64,000 nt of DNA from Pristiophorus japonicus (GCF_044704955.1 NC_091995.1:26908001-26972000), one strand, 5' to 3'. Positions 10,431 through 21,860 are shown, numbered from the stretch's first letter. The notes: generated by a model from the letters alone, not told the origin. A program made the numbers and translations.

Positions 10431-12527
10431 GTGATGGCGACTCCATCCACGCCGGTGGCAGGGCCAGCAAGGACATATGCGCAGGCGGTGTCCACATCCA
10501 CGGCACCTCCTGCGCCACCCGCTGCCCTGCCACCTTTTCGACTTATTACAAAAAAACACGGGGTCAAGAGCTACACTCACCCCACAATGACCATCGAGGA
10601 GTGCGTGCGGGCGATGGCTGGGGTAGTCGGCCCCTCGGCCATTGTCGCAGCCTCCAAGATGTCTGGAAAGGCCGTGTTCTTCCTGGGGTCGGAGCGGGCG
10701 GTGTCCCTGGCCCTCGAAAAAGGGCTCACGGTGGGCGGGACGTTCCTGCCGGTGGACCCTCTCGAGGCCACCGCGCAGAGGGTCATCGTTTCAAACGTCC
10801 CGCCCTTTGTTCCCGCTGAGCTCCTCCTCCCTCACCTACAACAACTGGGGGAGGTAAGGTCGGGGATCAACCCCATACCGCTCGGCCTCAGGGAGAACAG
10901 CCTGCGCCACATGTTCTCCTTCCGCTGCCAGCTCTTTGTCCGGCTGGCGCGGGAGGAGACGACGGAGGGAAATTTCAATGTGGTGCACGAGGGGACTGCC
11001 TACCGCGTCTTCTGGACGTCGGACGGCGTGCGGTGCCATGCCTGTAGGGAGGTGGGGCATGTTCGTAAGAACTGCCCCGCCTCCAAGGCCGCCAAACCAC
11101 CGAGGGCGGCCAAGGCTGGCGCCGCCGCCACCCCTCCCCCTAGTTGCGTCCGTGTGCCGGGAGCCGTAGGTGCGCGGGCATCGTCGGGGGCCTTTGTTTT
11201 CACGGCCTCCGGCGGGGGGGAGGGAGAGCGTCCGATCGAAAAGAAGGCGCGGAAGAAGACGAGACATCTAGAGGCGGGTCCCCTCAGTGCGCCGGAAAGT
11301 TTGACCACCGCGCTCAGCCCAACCCAGTCACCGGCGAGCGCGGGGTACCCTGAGCCCGTGCTCTTGAACAACACCGCAGAGGGGCCCGGGCGCGGGCAAG
11401 AAAAGGAAAAGGGGGGGGCGGAGCGGGAGGCCTCGGCAGACATGGAGGTCTCGCTGCCTCAGCGCACCTCCAGCATCAAAAGGAGGCGCCGCTCCGTTGA
11501 GGCGGAGGGGGAGCAACATCCCTCCGTGGAGGAGTCGGTGCCCGCCGCGTGTCCCGCGTCCCCCACCAGCGCCCCCAAGCAGCGCCGTAGGCGGGAGGAG
11601 TCTGTCCCCGGGGAGGGTGAGACAGTCGAGGCGGCCCAGCCTCTGCCTCCCGGGGATGGCGTGGAAGATCTGCCTGTCGTGGGGGGCGTGGGGCTCGCGG
11701 AGGAATGCATTGCCGCCGGGCCGGGCGTCCCGGGGACTGAGGCGGGCGAGGCCGAAAAGGCCGAACCTCAGCCCGCCCAGCCAATACCCAACTTCCCCCG
11801 GGAGTCGCTCGACCCGGCAGAAAATGAAATTAATAATTTTAATAATACTGTACATGCTGGGCTGGGGGGTGGCAGCGGGGAGGGGGAGGAACACCCACCC
11901 TCGCCTCTTGCTGTGGAGCTGGAGCACTTGGAGAGCCTGGGGATTTCCTATGGCCGGGTCTCTCCTTGTTCCCCAGTTCCTGGGGCGGAGGGGGAACCCC
12001 TTCCGCTGTCATTTCCCGACCCAGCACCATTTTTAAAAGAGCCCAGTGGGGCCTCCTCTGCCGACGATCCTGGGGGTGGGATCGGGGCAGTGCCAGGGCC
12101 GGTTGGAGCGGCCGGGTCATTTGCCGTACCTTGTGCGGTCGATGGGCCGGTTGCTGGCGGCCACCTCCCGGAGGAGGACGGGGACTCGGTGGGGGACGCG
12201 GGAGAAAATCTCGAGACCACCGCCAGCGAGGCGGTGGATCTGCTCGCGGCCGCCGCCGAGACCATCCTCATTCCTGCAAAGGAACTCCGGGACTTTTTGG
12301 CCCAGAGCTGGGGTCGCTGCAACCAAGCCCGACTGGCCCTGGAAAAATGGTCCCAGCCAGAGCTTATCAAGGGGTCCGTCCGCGCCGCCGTTAAAACCTT
12401 GGCCGCGGGCGGGCCCTTGACAAAGGAGCAGCACCTTGAGCTGCGCGAGCTCGAGGGACTCCTCGCTGGGCTGCGGAGGGAGCGGAGTTCAACAAAAGAC
12501 TCCGCTCCCTCCCCCACAATAGGTTAA
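10431..12527 (+). CDS. Tx1 ORF1 protein (698 aa), open
   Basis: RRM-like N-terminal region (RVIVSNVPPFVP), CCHC zinc knuckle CHACREVGHVRKNC, long acidic/Pro-rich tail; homologous to 38512-40614. Confidence 0.88.
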   Translation: MMATPSTPVAGPARTYAQAVSTSTAPPAPPAALPPFRLITKKHGVKSYTHPTMTIEECVRAMAGVVGPSAIVAASKMSGKAVFFLGSERAVSLALEKGLTVGGTFLPVDPLEATAQRVIVSNVPPFVPAELLLPHLQQLGEVRSGINPIPLGLRENSLRHMFSFRCQLFVRLAREETTEGNFNVVHEGTAYRVFWTSDGVRCHACREVGHVRKNCPASKAAKPPRAAKAGAAATPPPSCVRVPGAVGARASSGAFVFTASGGGEGERPIEKKARKKTRHLEAGPLSAPESLTTALSPTQSPASAGYPEPVLLNNTAEGPGRGQEKEKGGAEREASADMEVSLPQRTSSIKRRRRSVEAEGEQHPSVEESVPAACPASPTSAPKQRRRREESVPGEGETVEAAQPLPPGDGVEDLPVVGGVGLAEECIAAGPGVPGTEAGEAEKAEPQPAQPIPNFPRESLDPAENEINNFNNTVHAGLGGGSGEGEEHPPSPLAVELEHLESLGISYGRVSPCSPVPGAEGEPLPLSFPDPAPFLKEPSGASSADDPGGGIGAVPGPVGAAGSFAVPCAVDGPVAGGHLPEEDGDSVGDAGENLETTASEAVDLLAAAAETILIPAKELRDFLAQSWGRCNQARLALEKWSQPELIKGSVRAAVKTLAAGGPLTKEQHLELRELEGLLAGLRRERSSTKDSAPSPTIG

Positions 12528-12553
12528 GGTAGAGGTTGCACTATGCTTTTGCC

Positions 12554-15500
12554 ATGAAGATAACCATAGCCAGCCTCAACATCAACGGCGGCAGAGGGGC
12601 ACGCCGTAGATTTGACAATTTTTCGCTCCTGCGGGAGGGGAAATATGCGGTGTGCTTCCTGCAAGAAACCCACACCGTTCCGGGAGACGAAGCCACGTGG
12701 CTCCTGGAATGGCAAGGAGAGGTCCGCATGAGCCACCTCACCGCCATTTCTAGTGGGGTGGCCATCTTGCTGGGCCCGCATTTTCAGCCGGAGATCTTGG
12801 GGGTCGAGGAGCCCGTGCCAGGCCGCTTGCTGCACGTAACGGTTCGCCTGGGGGACGTGCCGCTCCATCTCGTGAACGTGTACGCTCCTCAGCCCGGCCC
12901 GCAGCAGACGCGCTTCTTTGAAGAGGTGTCCGCTCTTCTTGGCTCCGTCGACGTCGGCGACTGCATTGTCCTTGGGGGGGATTTTAACTGCACCCTCGAG
13001 GCGAGGGACCGCTCCGGTGCCCCGCAGTGCATGACGGCGATGGAGAAGTTGAGGGACCTGGTCGGGTCCTTCGACTTGGTGGACGTCTGGCGAAATCTCC
13101 ACCCCGACTCCAGCGCCTTTACTTGGGTGAGGCCTGGAGTAGGATGGTCTAGAGTCGACCGCCTTTACGTGTCTCGGGCGTACGTTTCCTGCGTCCCGGC
13201 GGCCTCCATGCGGCCGGTGCTGTGTTCGGACCAGCACCTGGTGTGGGCTGAGCTCGCTTCGCTCCGCGCGAGGACGGGGTCCGCGTACTGGCACTTTAAC
13301 AACCGGCTGCTGGAGGATGTGCGGTTCCAGGACTCATTCCGTCGATTCTGGTCCGACTGGAGAAGGAAGCAGGGGGGCTTCCCCTCCTTGAGGCTATGGT
13401 GGGACGTGGGCAAGGCTCACGTCCGCGTCTTCTGTCAAGAGTACGCGAGGGGGTCGACCAAGAGGCGGGCGGCCAGAGTCGGCGCCTAGAAAAAGCGGTG
13501 CTCGACCTGGAAGCCCGTCTCGGTCAAGTCGTCCAGGACCCGGCCCTGCGGACGGTGTACGAAGCAAAGAAGGCCGCGCTGAAGGGTCCCGAGGCGCGTT
13601 CGTGAGGTCGCGGATCCGGTTCCTGCGGGATCTGGACCGCGGCTCCCCCTTCTTCTACTCGCTGGAAAAAAGGCAGAGTGTCCGTAAGCAGCTCTTGACG
13701 CTGCTGGCCGACGACGGCTCTCTCGTCTCGGATCCGGAGGGCGTCAACAACAGGGCCCGTGAATATTACGGGGCTCTGTTCTCTCCGGATCCGTCCAGCG
13801 AGGAAGCGCGTAGAGTTTTGTGGGAGGACCTGCCGAAGGTCAGCCCGGAGGGCGCCGAAAATCTGGAAGCTCCGCTAAGCCTGGCGGAGCTGACCAGTGC
13901 CCTCGACCGGCTCTCGAGGGGAAAATCCCCGGGGCTGGACGGGCTGACCGTGGAGTTCCACAGGGCGTTCTGGGACGTCCTGGGGAGCGACTATGCGCGG
14001 GTCCTGGGAGAAAGTCTGGCGACCGGGGAGATGCCCCTCTCTTGGTGCAGGGCAGTCATCGTCCTGCTGCCTAAGAAGGGCGATCTCCGCCTCCTTAAGA
14101 ACTGGCGCCCGGTCTCCCTCCTCAGCACGGACTACAAAATCTTCGCCAGGGCGATGTCTGCTCGCCTTGGTGCCGTGCTGGACCACATGATCCACCCCGA
14201 CCAGTCCTACACGGTCCCGGGCCGGACAATCCACGATAACATCCATCTGGTCCGGGACCTCATCCATTGTTCCCAGGAGGCTGGTCTGTCGGTCGCCTTC
14301 CTATCCCTCGACCAAGAGAAGCCGTTCGACAGGGTGGATCACGACTATCTGCTCGGAACTCTGCGCGCTTTCGGGTTCGGGACGCATTTCGTCGCCCGGA
14401 TCCGACTTTTGTACGCCGCCGCGGAGTGTCTGATTAAGGTTAACGGGTCCTTGACGGCGCCCCTTCGCTTTAGGAGAGGGGTGCGCCAGGGATGCCCCAT
14501 GTCCGGCCAGTTATACGCCGTTTGCGTGGAGCCTTTCCTGCGCCTCCTGCGGACGAGGTTGACGGGACTGGCTCTGCAAGGGCCGGGCGTGGAGGTCGTC
14601 CTCTCGGCTTACGCCGATGACGTGCTCCTCGCGGTAGAGGATCCCGCTGACCTGCGGAGGATGCGTGAGTGCCAGGAGATTTACTCGGCCGCGTCCTCCA
14701 CCAGGATCAACTGGGAGAAATGTTCCGGACTCCTGGTGGGTCAGTGGCGGGTGGACTCCCTGTCGGAGGAGCTCAGGCCTTTTGCCTGGAGCACGACCCA
14801 TCTCCTCTATCTGGGAGTCTACCTTAGCCCCGACGAGGGAGCCTGGCCGGCGAACTGGCAGGAGCTGGAGGCCAAGGTCGCCGCTCGCCTAGGGCGCTGA
14901 ACAGGACTGCTCCGAGTGCTGTCCTACAGGGGTCGAGCGCTAGTCATAAACCAGCTAGTGGCCGCAATGTTGTGGTACCGGCTGGTCACTTTGACCCCTC
15001 CCCCTGCGTTTGTCACCAAGATACAGAAGAAGCTGGTGGACTTCTTCTGGAACAACAGGAAGCACTGGGTCTCTGCTGCGATCTTGAGTCTCCCGCTTGA
15101 GGAGGGCGGTCAGTCGTTGGTGTGCATCAGCGCCCAGCTCGCGACTTTCCGTCTTCAGACCCTGCAGAGATACCTTTACGTCGAGCCCCCTCCTAGGTGG
15201 TGCGCTCTGGCGAGGTATTTCTTCCGCCAGCAGCGCGACCTCAATTATGACACGCAGCTCCTGTTTGTGAACTTGGGGGGTGCCAGGACCGCCCTCCGGG
15301 AGCTGCCTGTCTTTTACAGGGAACTCATCAGGGTCTGGAACAAAGTCTCCACCAAGCGCTGCTCTCCACCGGCTGGAGTGGCGGCCGTCCTGCAGGAGCC
15401 GCTGCTCGGGAATCCGTACCTCCACGACCGACGTTTTATGTGGCGGTTCAAAGAGAGGGCTGTGGCTGGTGAGGTGACCAGGGTCAGGGACCTGCTCGAT

Positions 15501-16435
15501 GGCGGAGGTGCGGGCTGGATGGCGACAGACACGATGGCGCGGCGCCTAAATTCTGCCAACGTCCGCCACGCGGCCGATGCCATCGAGTCGCTAAAAACAG
15601 CTCTGGGCCCTGACTCCGTTAGGTGCATCGAGGAGGCTCAAGCACGTGGGGAGATCCCGTCCGAACTGACCCCCGTCCGGACGGAATTCCTCATCGGCGC
15701 CAAACCCTGGAACCTCCCTTGGGGGCCGGCGCCTCACAACTTGATACGCCTCGGGGAAACCCCTCCGCGCGGAACTGAAAGGCACGGAGGGGTTTCCTGT
15801 CCGGGCTGCTCCTGCACACTCTCAACTTTGCCATCCTCGCCGGCCATCCGGACACGCCATGGCGTACCATCTTGCCGTCCGGAGGAGGCGGCGGTCCCCG
15901 ATGGAGGGCACTCTACGCAGGGGTCCTCCCACTATTCATCGGGGACTTGGCCTGGAGGGTGGTGCACAGAGCAGTGCCGTGCAACAAATTTTTAAGCCGG
16001 TTCACGGACTCCCAGGCCGCCTGCAATTTCTGCGGTCTGGAAGAGTCCGTGTTCCATGTTTTTATGGAATGTACAAGGTTGCAGCCCCTGTTTTATTATT
16101 TGAAGGGGCTGCTCCTGAAATTCTGGCTGAACTTCAGTCCCACTCTCCTGATCTTTGGGCACCCTGTGCGAAGGGGAGCGGGTAGGTCCGAAGGCCTCCT
16201 CGTAGGACTGCTCCTGGGCACGGCCAAGGGTGCCATCAGCCGGTCCAGGCAGCGGGCGGTCGAGGGGGTCGTTCAACCTGACTGCCTGCCTCTCTTCCGC
16301 TCTTACATCCGGTCCAGGGTGTCCTTGGAGATGGAGCACGCGGTGTTCACCGGTACGCTCGCGGCCTTCCGCGAGAGGTGGGCACCGGAGGGACTGGAGT
16401 GCATCATCACGCCCGGCAACCAAATTTTAATTTGA
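12554..16435 (+). pseudogene. Tx1 ORF2 (APE endonuclease, RT, zinc finger) with few disruptions
   Basis: MKITIASLNING, FLQETH, GGDFNC, SRVDR; RT PGLDGL, WRPVSLL, GVRQGCP, AYADD; C-terminal CNFCGLEESVFHVFMEC. Broken by indels near 13480-13600, TGA at 14898-14900 and a micro-inversion/frameshift near 15760. Confidence 0.93.
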
Positions 16436-19009
16436 TTTTACGTTTTAAAGTTTAATTTGTTTTAAATGCCGATGCTTTTAGTGTCCCCTTCCCTTTTATA
16501 GGGGGCACTGGAAAATTGTGATTTTAGTGCCCAAACAAAAAAAGAAAAACTCAAAAAAAAAGGAAAAAAAGGGCCTTGTAAATGTCGGGTGGCACGATTT
16601 AATGTTTTATGTTTTTGCAGGTAGACTCTAAAAAAGTTTCATGCACAAGGAACCCCAGGTCCCTTTGCACCGCAGCATGTTGTAATTTATCCCCATTCAA
16701 ATAGTATTCCCTTTTTTTGTTTTTTTCCCTAAGGTGGATGACCTCACACTTTCCGACATTGTATTCCATCGGCTAAACCTTAGCCCATTCGCTTAACCTA
16801 TCTAAATCTCTTTGCAGCCTCTCTGTGTCCTCTACACAACCCGCTTTCCCACTAATCTTTGTGTCATCTGCAAATTTTGTTACACTACACTCTGTCCCCT
16901 CTTCCAGGTCATCTATATATATTGTAAACAGTTGTGGTCCCAGCACCGATCCCTGTGGCACACCAATAACCACCGATTTCCAACCTGAAAAGGACCCATT
17001 TATCCCGACTCTCTGCTTTCTGTTAGCCAGCCAATTCTCTATCCGTGCTAATACATTTCCACTGACTCCGCGTACCTTTATCTTCTGCAGTAACCTTTTG
17101 CGTGGCACCTTATCGAATGCCTTTTGAAAATCTAAATACACCACATCCATCGGTACACCTCTATCCACCATGCTCGTTATATCCTCAAAGAATTCCAGTA
17201 AATTAGTTAAACATGATTTCCCCTTCATGAATCCATGCTGCATCTACTTGATTGCACTATTCCTATCTAGATTTCCCGCTATTTCTTCCTTAATGATAGT
17301 TTCAAGCATTTTCCCCACTACAGATGTTAAACTAACCGTCCTATAGTTACCTGCCTTTTGTCTGCCACCCTTTTTAACCAGAGGCATTACATGAGCTGCT
17401 TTCCAATCCAGAGTCCAGAGAATTTTGGTAGATTATAACGAATACATCTACTCTAACTTCCGCCATCTCTTTTAATACCCTGGGATGCATTTCATCAGGA
17501 CCAGGGGACTTGTCTGCCTTGAGTCCCAATAGCCTGTCCCCCTAGTGATAGTGATTGTCTTCAGGTCCTCCCTTCCCACATTCATGTGACCAGCAATTTC
17601 TGGCACGGTTTTTGTGTCTTCCACTGTGAAGACCGAAGCAAAATAATTGTTTAAGGTCTCAGCCATTTCCACATTTCCCATAATTAAATCCCCCTTCTCA
17701 TCTTCTAAGGGATCAACATTTCCTTTTGTCATTCTTGTCCGTTTTATATATCTGTAAAAGCTTTTACTATCCGTTTTTATGTTTTGCGCAAGTTTAGCTT
17801 CGTAATCTATCTTTCCTTTCTTTATTGCTTTCTTAGTCATTCTTTGCTGTCGTTTATAATTTTCCCAATCTTCTATTTTCCCACTAACCTTGGCCACCTT
17901 AAACGCATTGGTTTTTAATTTGATACTGACCTTAATTTCCCTGGTTATCCACGGCTGGTTATCCCTTCTCTTACCGCCCTTCTTTTTCATTGGAATATAT
18001 TTTTGTTGAGCACTATGAAAGAGCTCCTTAAAAGTCCTCCACTGTTCCTCAATTGTGCCACCGTTTAGTCTATGTTTCCAGTCTACTTTAGCCAATTCTG
18101 CATTCATCCCACTGTAGTCCCCTTTGTTTAAGCATAGTATGCTCGTTTGAGACACTACTTCCTCACCCTCAATCTGTATTACAAATTCAACCATACTGTG
18201 ATCACTCATTCCAAGAGGATCTTTTATTAGGAGATTGTTTATTATTCCTGTCTCATTACACAGGACTAGATCTAAGATAACTTGCTCCCTTGTCGGTTCT
18301 GTAACATACTGTTCTAAGAAACAATCCCGTATGCATTCTATGAATTCCTCCTCCAGGCTACCCCGTGCGATTTGGTTTGACCAATCGATATGTTGGTTAA
18401 AATCCCCCATGATTACTGCCGTTCCTTTTTCACATGCCTCCATTATTTCCTTGATTATTGCCCACCCCACCGTGAAGTTATTATTTGGGGGCCTATAAAC
18501 TACGCCCACCAGTAACTTTTTCCCCTAACTATCTCTAATCTCCACCCACAATGATTCAACATTTTGTTCATTGGAGCCAATATCGTCTCTCACAACTGCC
18601 CTGATATCATTCTTTATTAACAGAGCTACCCCACCTCCTTTCCCTTCTTGTCTATCTTTCCGAATCGTCAGATACCCCTGCATGTTTTAATACCAGTCTT
18701 GGCCACCCTGCAACCACGTTTCTGTAATGGCCACCAAATCATACCCATTTGTAATGATTTGTGCCGTCAACTCATTTACTTTATATTGAATGCTGCATGC
18801 GTTTAGGTGGAGTGTTTTACTACTAGTTTTTAATCCATGATTTTTAGGTTTGACCCCTCCTGTAGCCCCTTTACATTCAGTGGCCCTTTTTGTTTTTTGC
18901 CTTGGGTTTCTCTGCCCTCCACTTTTACTCATCTCCTTTCTGTCTTATGCTTTTGTCTCCATTTTGTTTCCCTCTGTCTACTTGCATTGGTTCCCATCCC
19001 CCTGCCACA

Positions 19010-19810
19010 TTAGTTTAACTCCTCCCCAACAATACTAGCAAACACTCCCCCTAGGACATTGGTTCCGGTCCTGCCTATGTGCAGACCGTCCGGTTTGTAC
19101 TGGTCCCACCTCCTCCAGAACCGGTTCCAATGCCCCAGGAATTTGAATCTCTCCCTGCTGCACCACTGCTCAAGCCACGTATTCATCTGAGCTATACTGC
19201 GATTCCTACTCTGACTAGCACGTGGCACTGGTAGCAATCCTGAGATTACAACTTTTGAGGTCCTACGTTTTAATTTAGCTCCTAGCTCCTTAAATTCATC
19301 TCGTAGGATCTCATCCCTTTTTTTACCTATATCGTTGGTACCAATGTGCACCACAACAACTGGCTGTTCACCCTCCCTTTTCGGAATGTCCTGCACCCGC
19401 TCCGAGACATCCTTGACCCTTGCACCAGGGAGGCAACATACCATCCTGGAGTCTCGGTTGCGGCCATAGAAACGCCTATCTATTCCCCTTACAATCGAAT
19501 CTCCTATCACTATCGCTCTCCCACTCTTTTTCCTGCCCTCCTGTGCAGCAGAGCCAGCCCCGGTACCATGAACTTGGCTGCTGCTGCCCTCCCCTGATGA
19601 GTCATCCTCCTCAACAGTACTCAAAACGGTGTATCTGTTTTGCAGGGGGATTACCGCAGGGGACCGCTGCACTACCTTCCTTGCACTGCTCTTCCTGCTG
19701 GTCTTCCATTCCCTAGCTGGCTGTGGACCCTTCACCTGCGGTATGGCCAACTCACTAAACGTGCTATTTACATCATTCTCAGCATCATGGATGCTCCAGA
19801 GTGAATCCAC
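19010..19810 (-). pseudogene. CR1 ORF1 with SGNH/GDSL esterase domain
   Basis: GDSIVRG, VCCLPGA, VVVHIGTND and DGLH motifs in ORF 19010..19864; its 5' end runs into Tx1 sequence. Confidence 0.85.
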
Positions 19811-21034
19811 CCTCATAGCAGGTCTGCCTTGACCTTGGCAAGGTACCGCAAGGTGGAAACACATCGCGTAGTTGACTTAATGCTACGCATGTTAATGGAT
19901 GCAATCTTCAAACCCATTTTTAAATTGATGGTTACAGTCCAAAAATTACATATAGATCACGCAGTCCTTTGGCCCTGTGGCCTGTTCCCGTATACATAGG
20001 TTTACTTTAAACTTTTCTACTGCACCTTGGCTGAGATATGGGTTGTCCTCTGCCTTGGGGATGGTTCGACCAGGGGACGCCAGCAGTGTGGACGGGAGGT
20101 CCTCCATGTCAACTGGGCTGCCCTCGCCTGGTGTTGGTTGTTCCTTGTGTGCATCCCCTGTGGTGTCATCGCTCACAGCGTTCTGGAGTTGGGGTGCATC
20201 TGTCACTTCGTCACTCCCAGAGATCCGGAGCCGGGGTGCATTGGTGACATCACTGCTCCCGGGGTCCCGGAGCTGGACTGCGCTGGTCGCATTGGCATGT
20301 TGCCTCTTCTTCTGCTGGTGGTAGTGAGGGTTTTTGCCTCGTCCTTCATCATTGGATGAGCTGCAGCCACTGCTGTCCGTCGTGGACTCTAGCCGTCTTT
20401 TGCCTCTCGTTTCTGCAGGAGGCCCCTTTTCCTTTGACTTGGTAGCCTTCTTCTTCTTGACGAGCTGCCATTCCTGTTTTCCTTCTGCTTCTGCTCCCTC
20501 CTCTTCCATGGACTTGGTGTCTCGGGGGGGAGTTTCACTGCTGGGTGCTAGTGTCTGGCAGCTTGCCATGGCTGCAGTCCGTGTGGTGAAGGTGGTCCCA
20601 CAGTGCTGTTAGGGAGGGAGTTCCAGGATTATGACCCAGCGATGATGAAGGAACGGCGATATATTTCCAAGTCAGGATGGTGTGTGACTTGGAGGAGAAC
20701 TTGCAGGTGATGGTGTTCCGAGGCACCTGATGCCTTTGTCCTCCTAGATGGCAGAGGTCATGGGTTTGTCAAAGCAGCCTGAGCGAGTTGCTGAAATGCA
20801 TCCTGTGAATATGCGAATAGCCCCAGAGCACAGATAAAAACACCAAATAAGTGGGGTTACGGGAAGGGCAATGCACTCTGCACAGGTAGCTGTACACTCG
20901 TAGCTTGAACTTATAGATTGAGACACAATGTGGCCACTGTTAGGAGCAGGGTTCTTAAGCAATAGAGGTGAGCAAACTGGGGGAGACAGGGAAAGGATGA
21001 GTCTGAGAACTAATGCTGTATCTCTGACTTACGA

Positions 21035-21215
21035 TGTTCTCTTTCGGATGAGACGTTAAACCGAGGCCCTTTCTCCCCTCTCAGGTGGACATAAAAGATT
21101 CCACAGCACTATTTCAAAGAGCAGGGGCATTGACCCGGTGTCCTGGCCAATATTTAGCCCTCAACCAACACCTAAACCAGTTTGTTGTTTGTGGGACCTT
21201 GCTGTGCGCAAATTG
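21035..21215 (+). mobile_element. DeuSINE-like SINE fragment
   Basis: TTTCGGATGAGACGTTAAACCGAGGCCC..CTCAGGTGGACATAAAAGAT core. Confidence 0.65.
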
Positions 21216-21311
21216 ACCAATACTCATCACACATAAGGTCAGAGTTTAACCGGAGCACCGAGCACTCACCACATACAAGGACAGAGTTTAACCAGAGCAC
21301 CGAGCACTCAC

Positions 21312-21398
21312 CACACACGAGAATAGCGATCACTGTCACACACAGTAAGAGAACAAATGGAATTAGCCCAAGATGAGCTCTGGAACTGGATTCATGAC
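21312..21398 (-). CDS. Transmembrane exon of the Ig-superfamily receptor (GHESSSRAHLGLIPFVLLLCVTVIAILVC)
   Basis: Acceptor TTTCACTTTTTAG| and donor G|GTGAGT; 87 nt, phase 1-1, in frame with the upstream C2 exon; about 20-aa hydrophobic stretch. Not in the ORF track. Confidence 0.8.
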
Positions 21399-21721
21399 CT
21401 AAAAAGTGAAATAATTTGTGTTCGATTAACCCTTGTTAAAAAGGAACACTTCTTATTATTTTTAATTCAAATGAATATGGTGTACATAAAACATCTCATA
21501 GCACTATTTCCAAAAAGAGCAGGGGAACATAAGAACATAAGAAATAGAAGGAGTAGTAGGCCATTCAGCCCCTCGCGCCTGCTCCGTCATTCAATGAGAT
21601 CATGGCTGATCTTCTACCACAACTCCATTTGCCTGCACCATCCCCATATCCGCTGATCCCATTGATATTTAAAACAGAGAGGTCTCCTGTATCCTCCTGC
21701 AGGAGCTGCAACTACATTTCG

Positions 21722-21860
21722 GTGTCAGCCGCGGCTCAGTGGGTAGCGCTCTCACCTCCGAGTCAGAAGGTTGTGGGTTCAAGTCCCACTCCAGGAACTT
21801 CAGCACAACATTTAGACTGACACTCCGACAGTGCAGTACTGAGGCAGGGCTGCACTGGAG
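21722..21860 (+). mobile_element. tRNA-derived SINE head
   Basis: A box GGCTCAGTGGGTAG and B box GGTTCAAGTCC, followed by SINE body. Confidence 0.7.

Larger units (their letters stand above)
9512..16637 (+). mobile_element. Full-length Tx1-clade retrotransposon (CR1-targeting family, copy 1)
   Basis: TSD TTCATGCACAAGGACC at 9496-9511 and TTCATGCACAAGGAAC at 16638-16653. About 0.9-kb 5'UTR, ORF1, ORF2 (APE-RT-CCHC), and a 3'UTR with hairpins. The 5' end coincides with that of copy 2. Confidence 0.95.
8628..19814 (-). mobile_element. CR1 LINE, about 3.9 kb net, interrupted at about 9325-16637 by a SINE-like element and a Tx1
   Basis: 3' (CATAAGAA)n terminus at about 8628-8648. ORF2 pieces 8727-9324 and 16638-18932 (VVYRPP, IMGDFN, SDHS, QHGF.KGKSCLTNL, GVPQGSVLGP, FADD). 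ORF1 19010-19810 has SGNH/GDSL esterase motifs (IVIGDSIVRG, HIGTND, DGLH). Confidence 0.93.
4906..20570 (-). mobile_element. Tx1-clade (L1 superfamily) non-LTR retrotransposon, 5'-truncated, split by a CR1 insertion
   Basis: 14-bp TSD GCTGCAGTCCGTGT at 4892-4905 and 20571-20584; poly(A) tail (T-run at about 4905-4912). ORF2 has APE (MGLKIASINMRS..LFLQEC, GGDFNC, SRIDF, SDH), RT (PGSDGLP, WRPI.LLNVDYKIL, LDQEKAFDR, GVRQGCP, YMDD) and a C-terminal CPRVGC..H.LWDC zinc finger. ORF1 C-terminus at 19946-20569. Confidence 0.93.

Noticed and set aside
20790-20976. Possible alternative or terminal exon after a strong acceptor (CCTTTCCCTGTCTCCCCCAG)
   Set aside because: The hydrophobic GPI-like reading needs phase 0, which does not match upstream exons; the phase-1 reading runs into LINE sequence with no clear donor.
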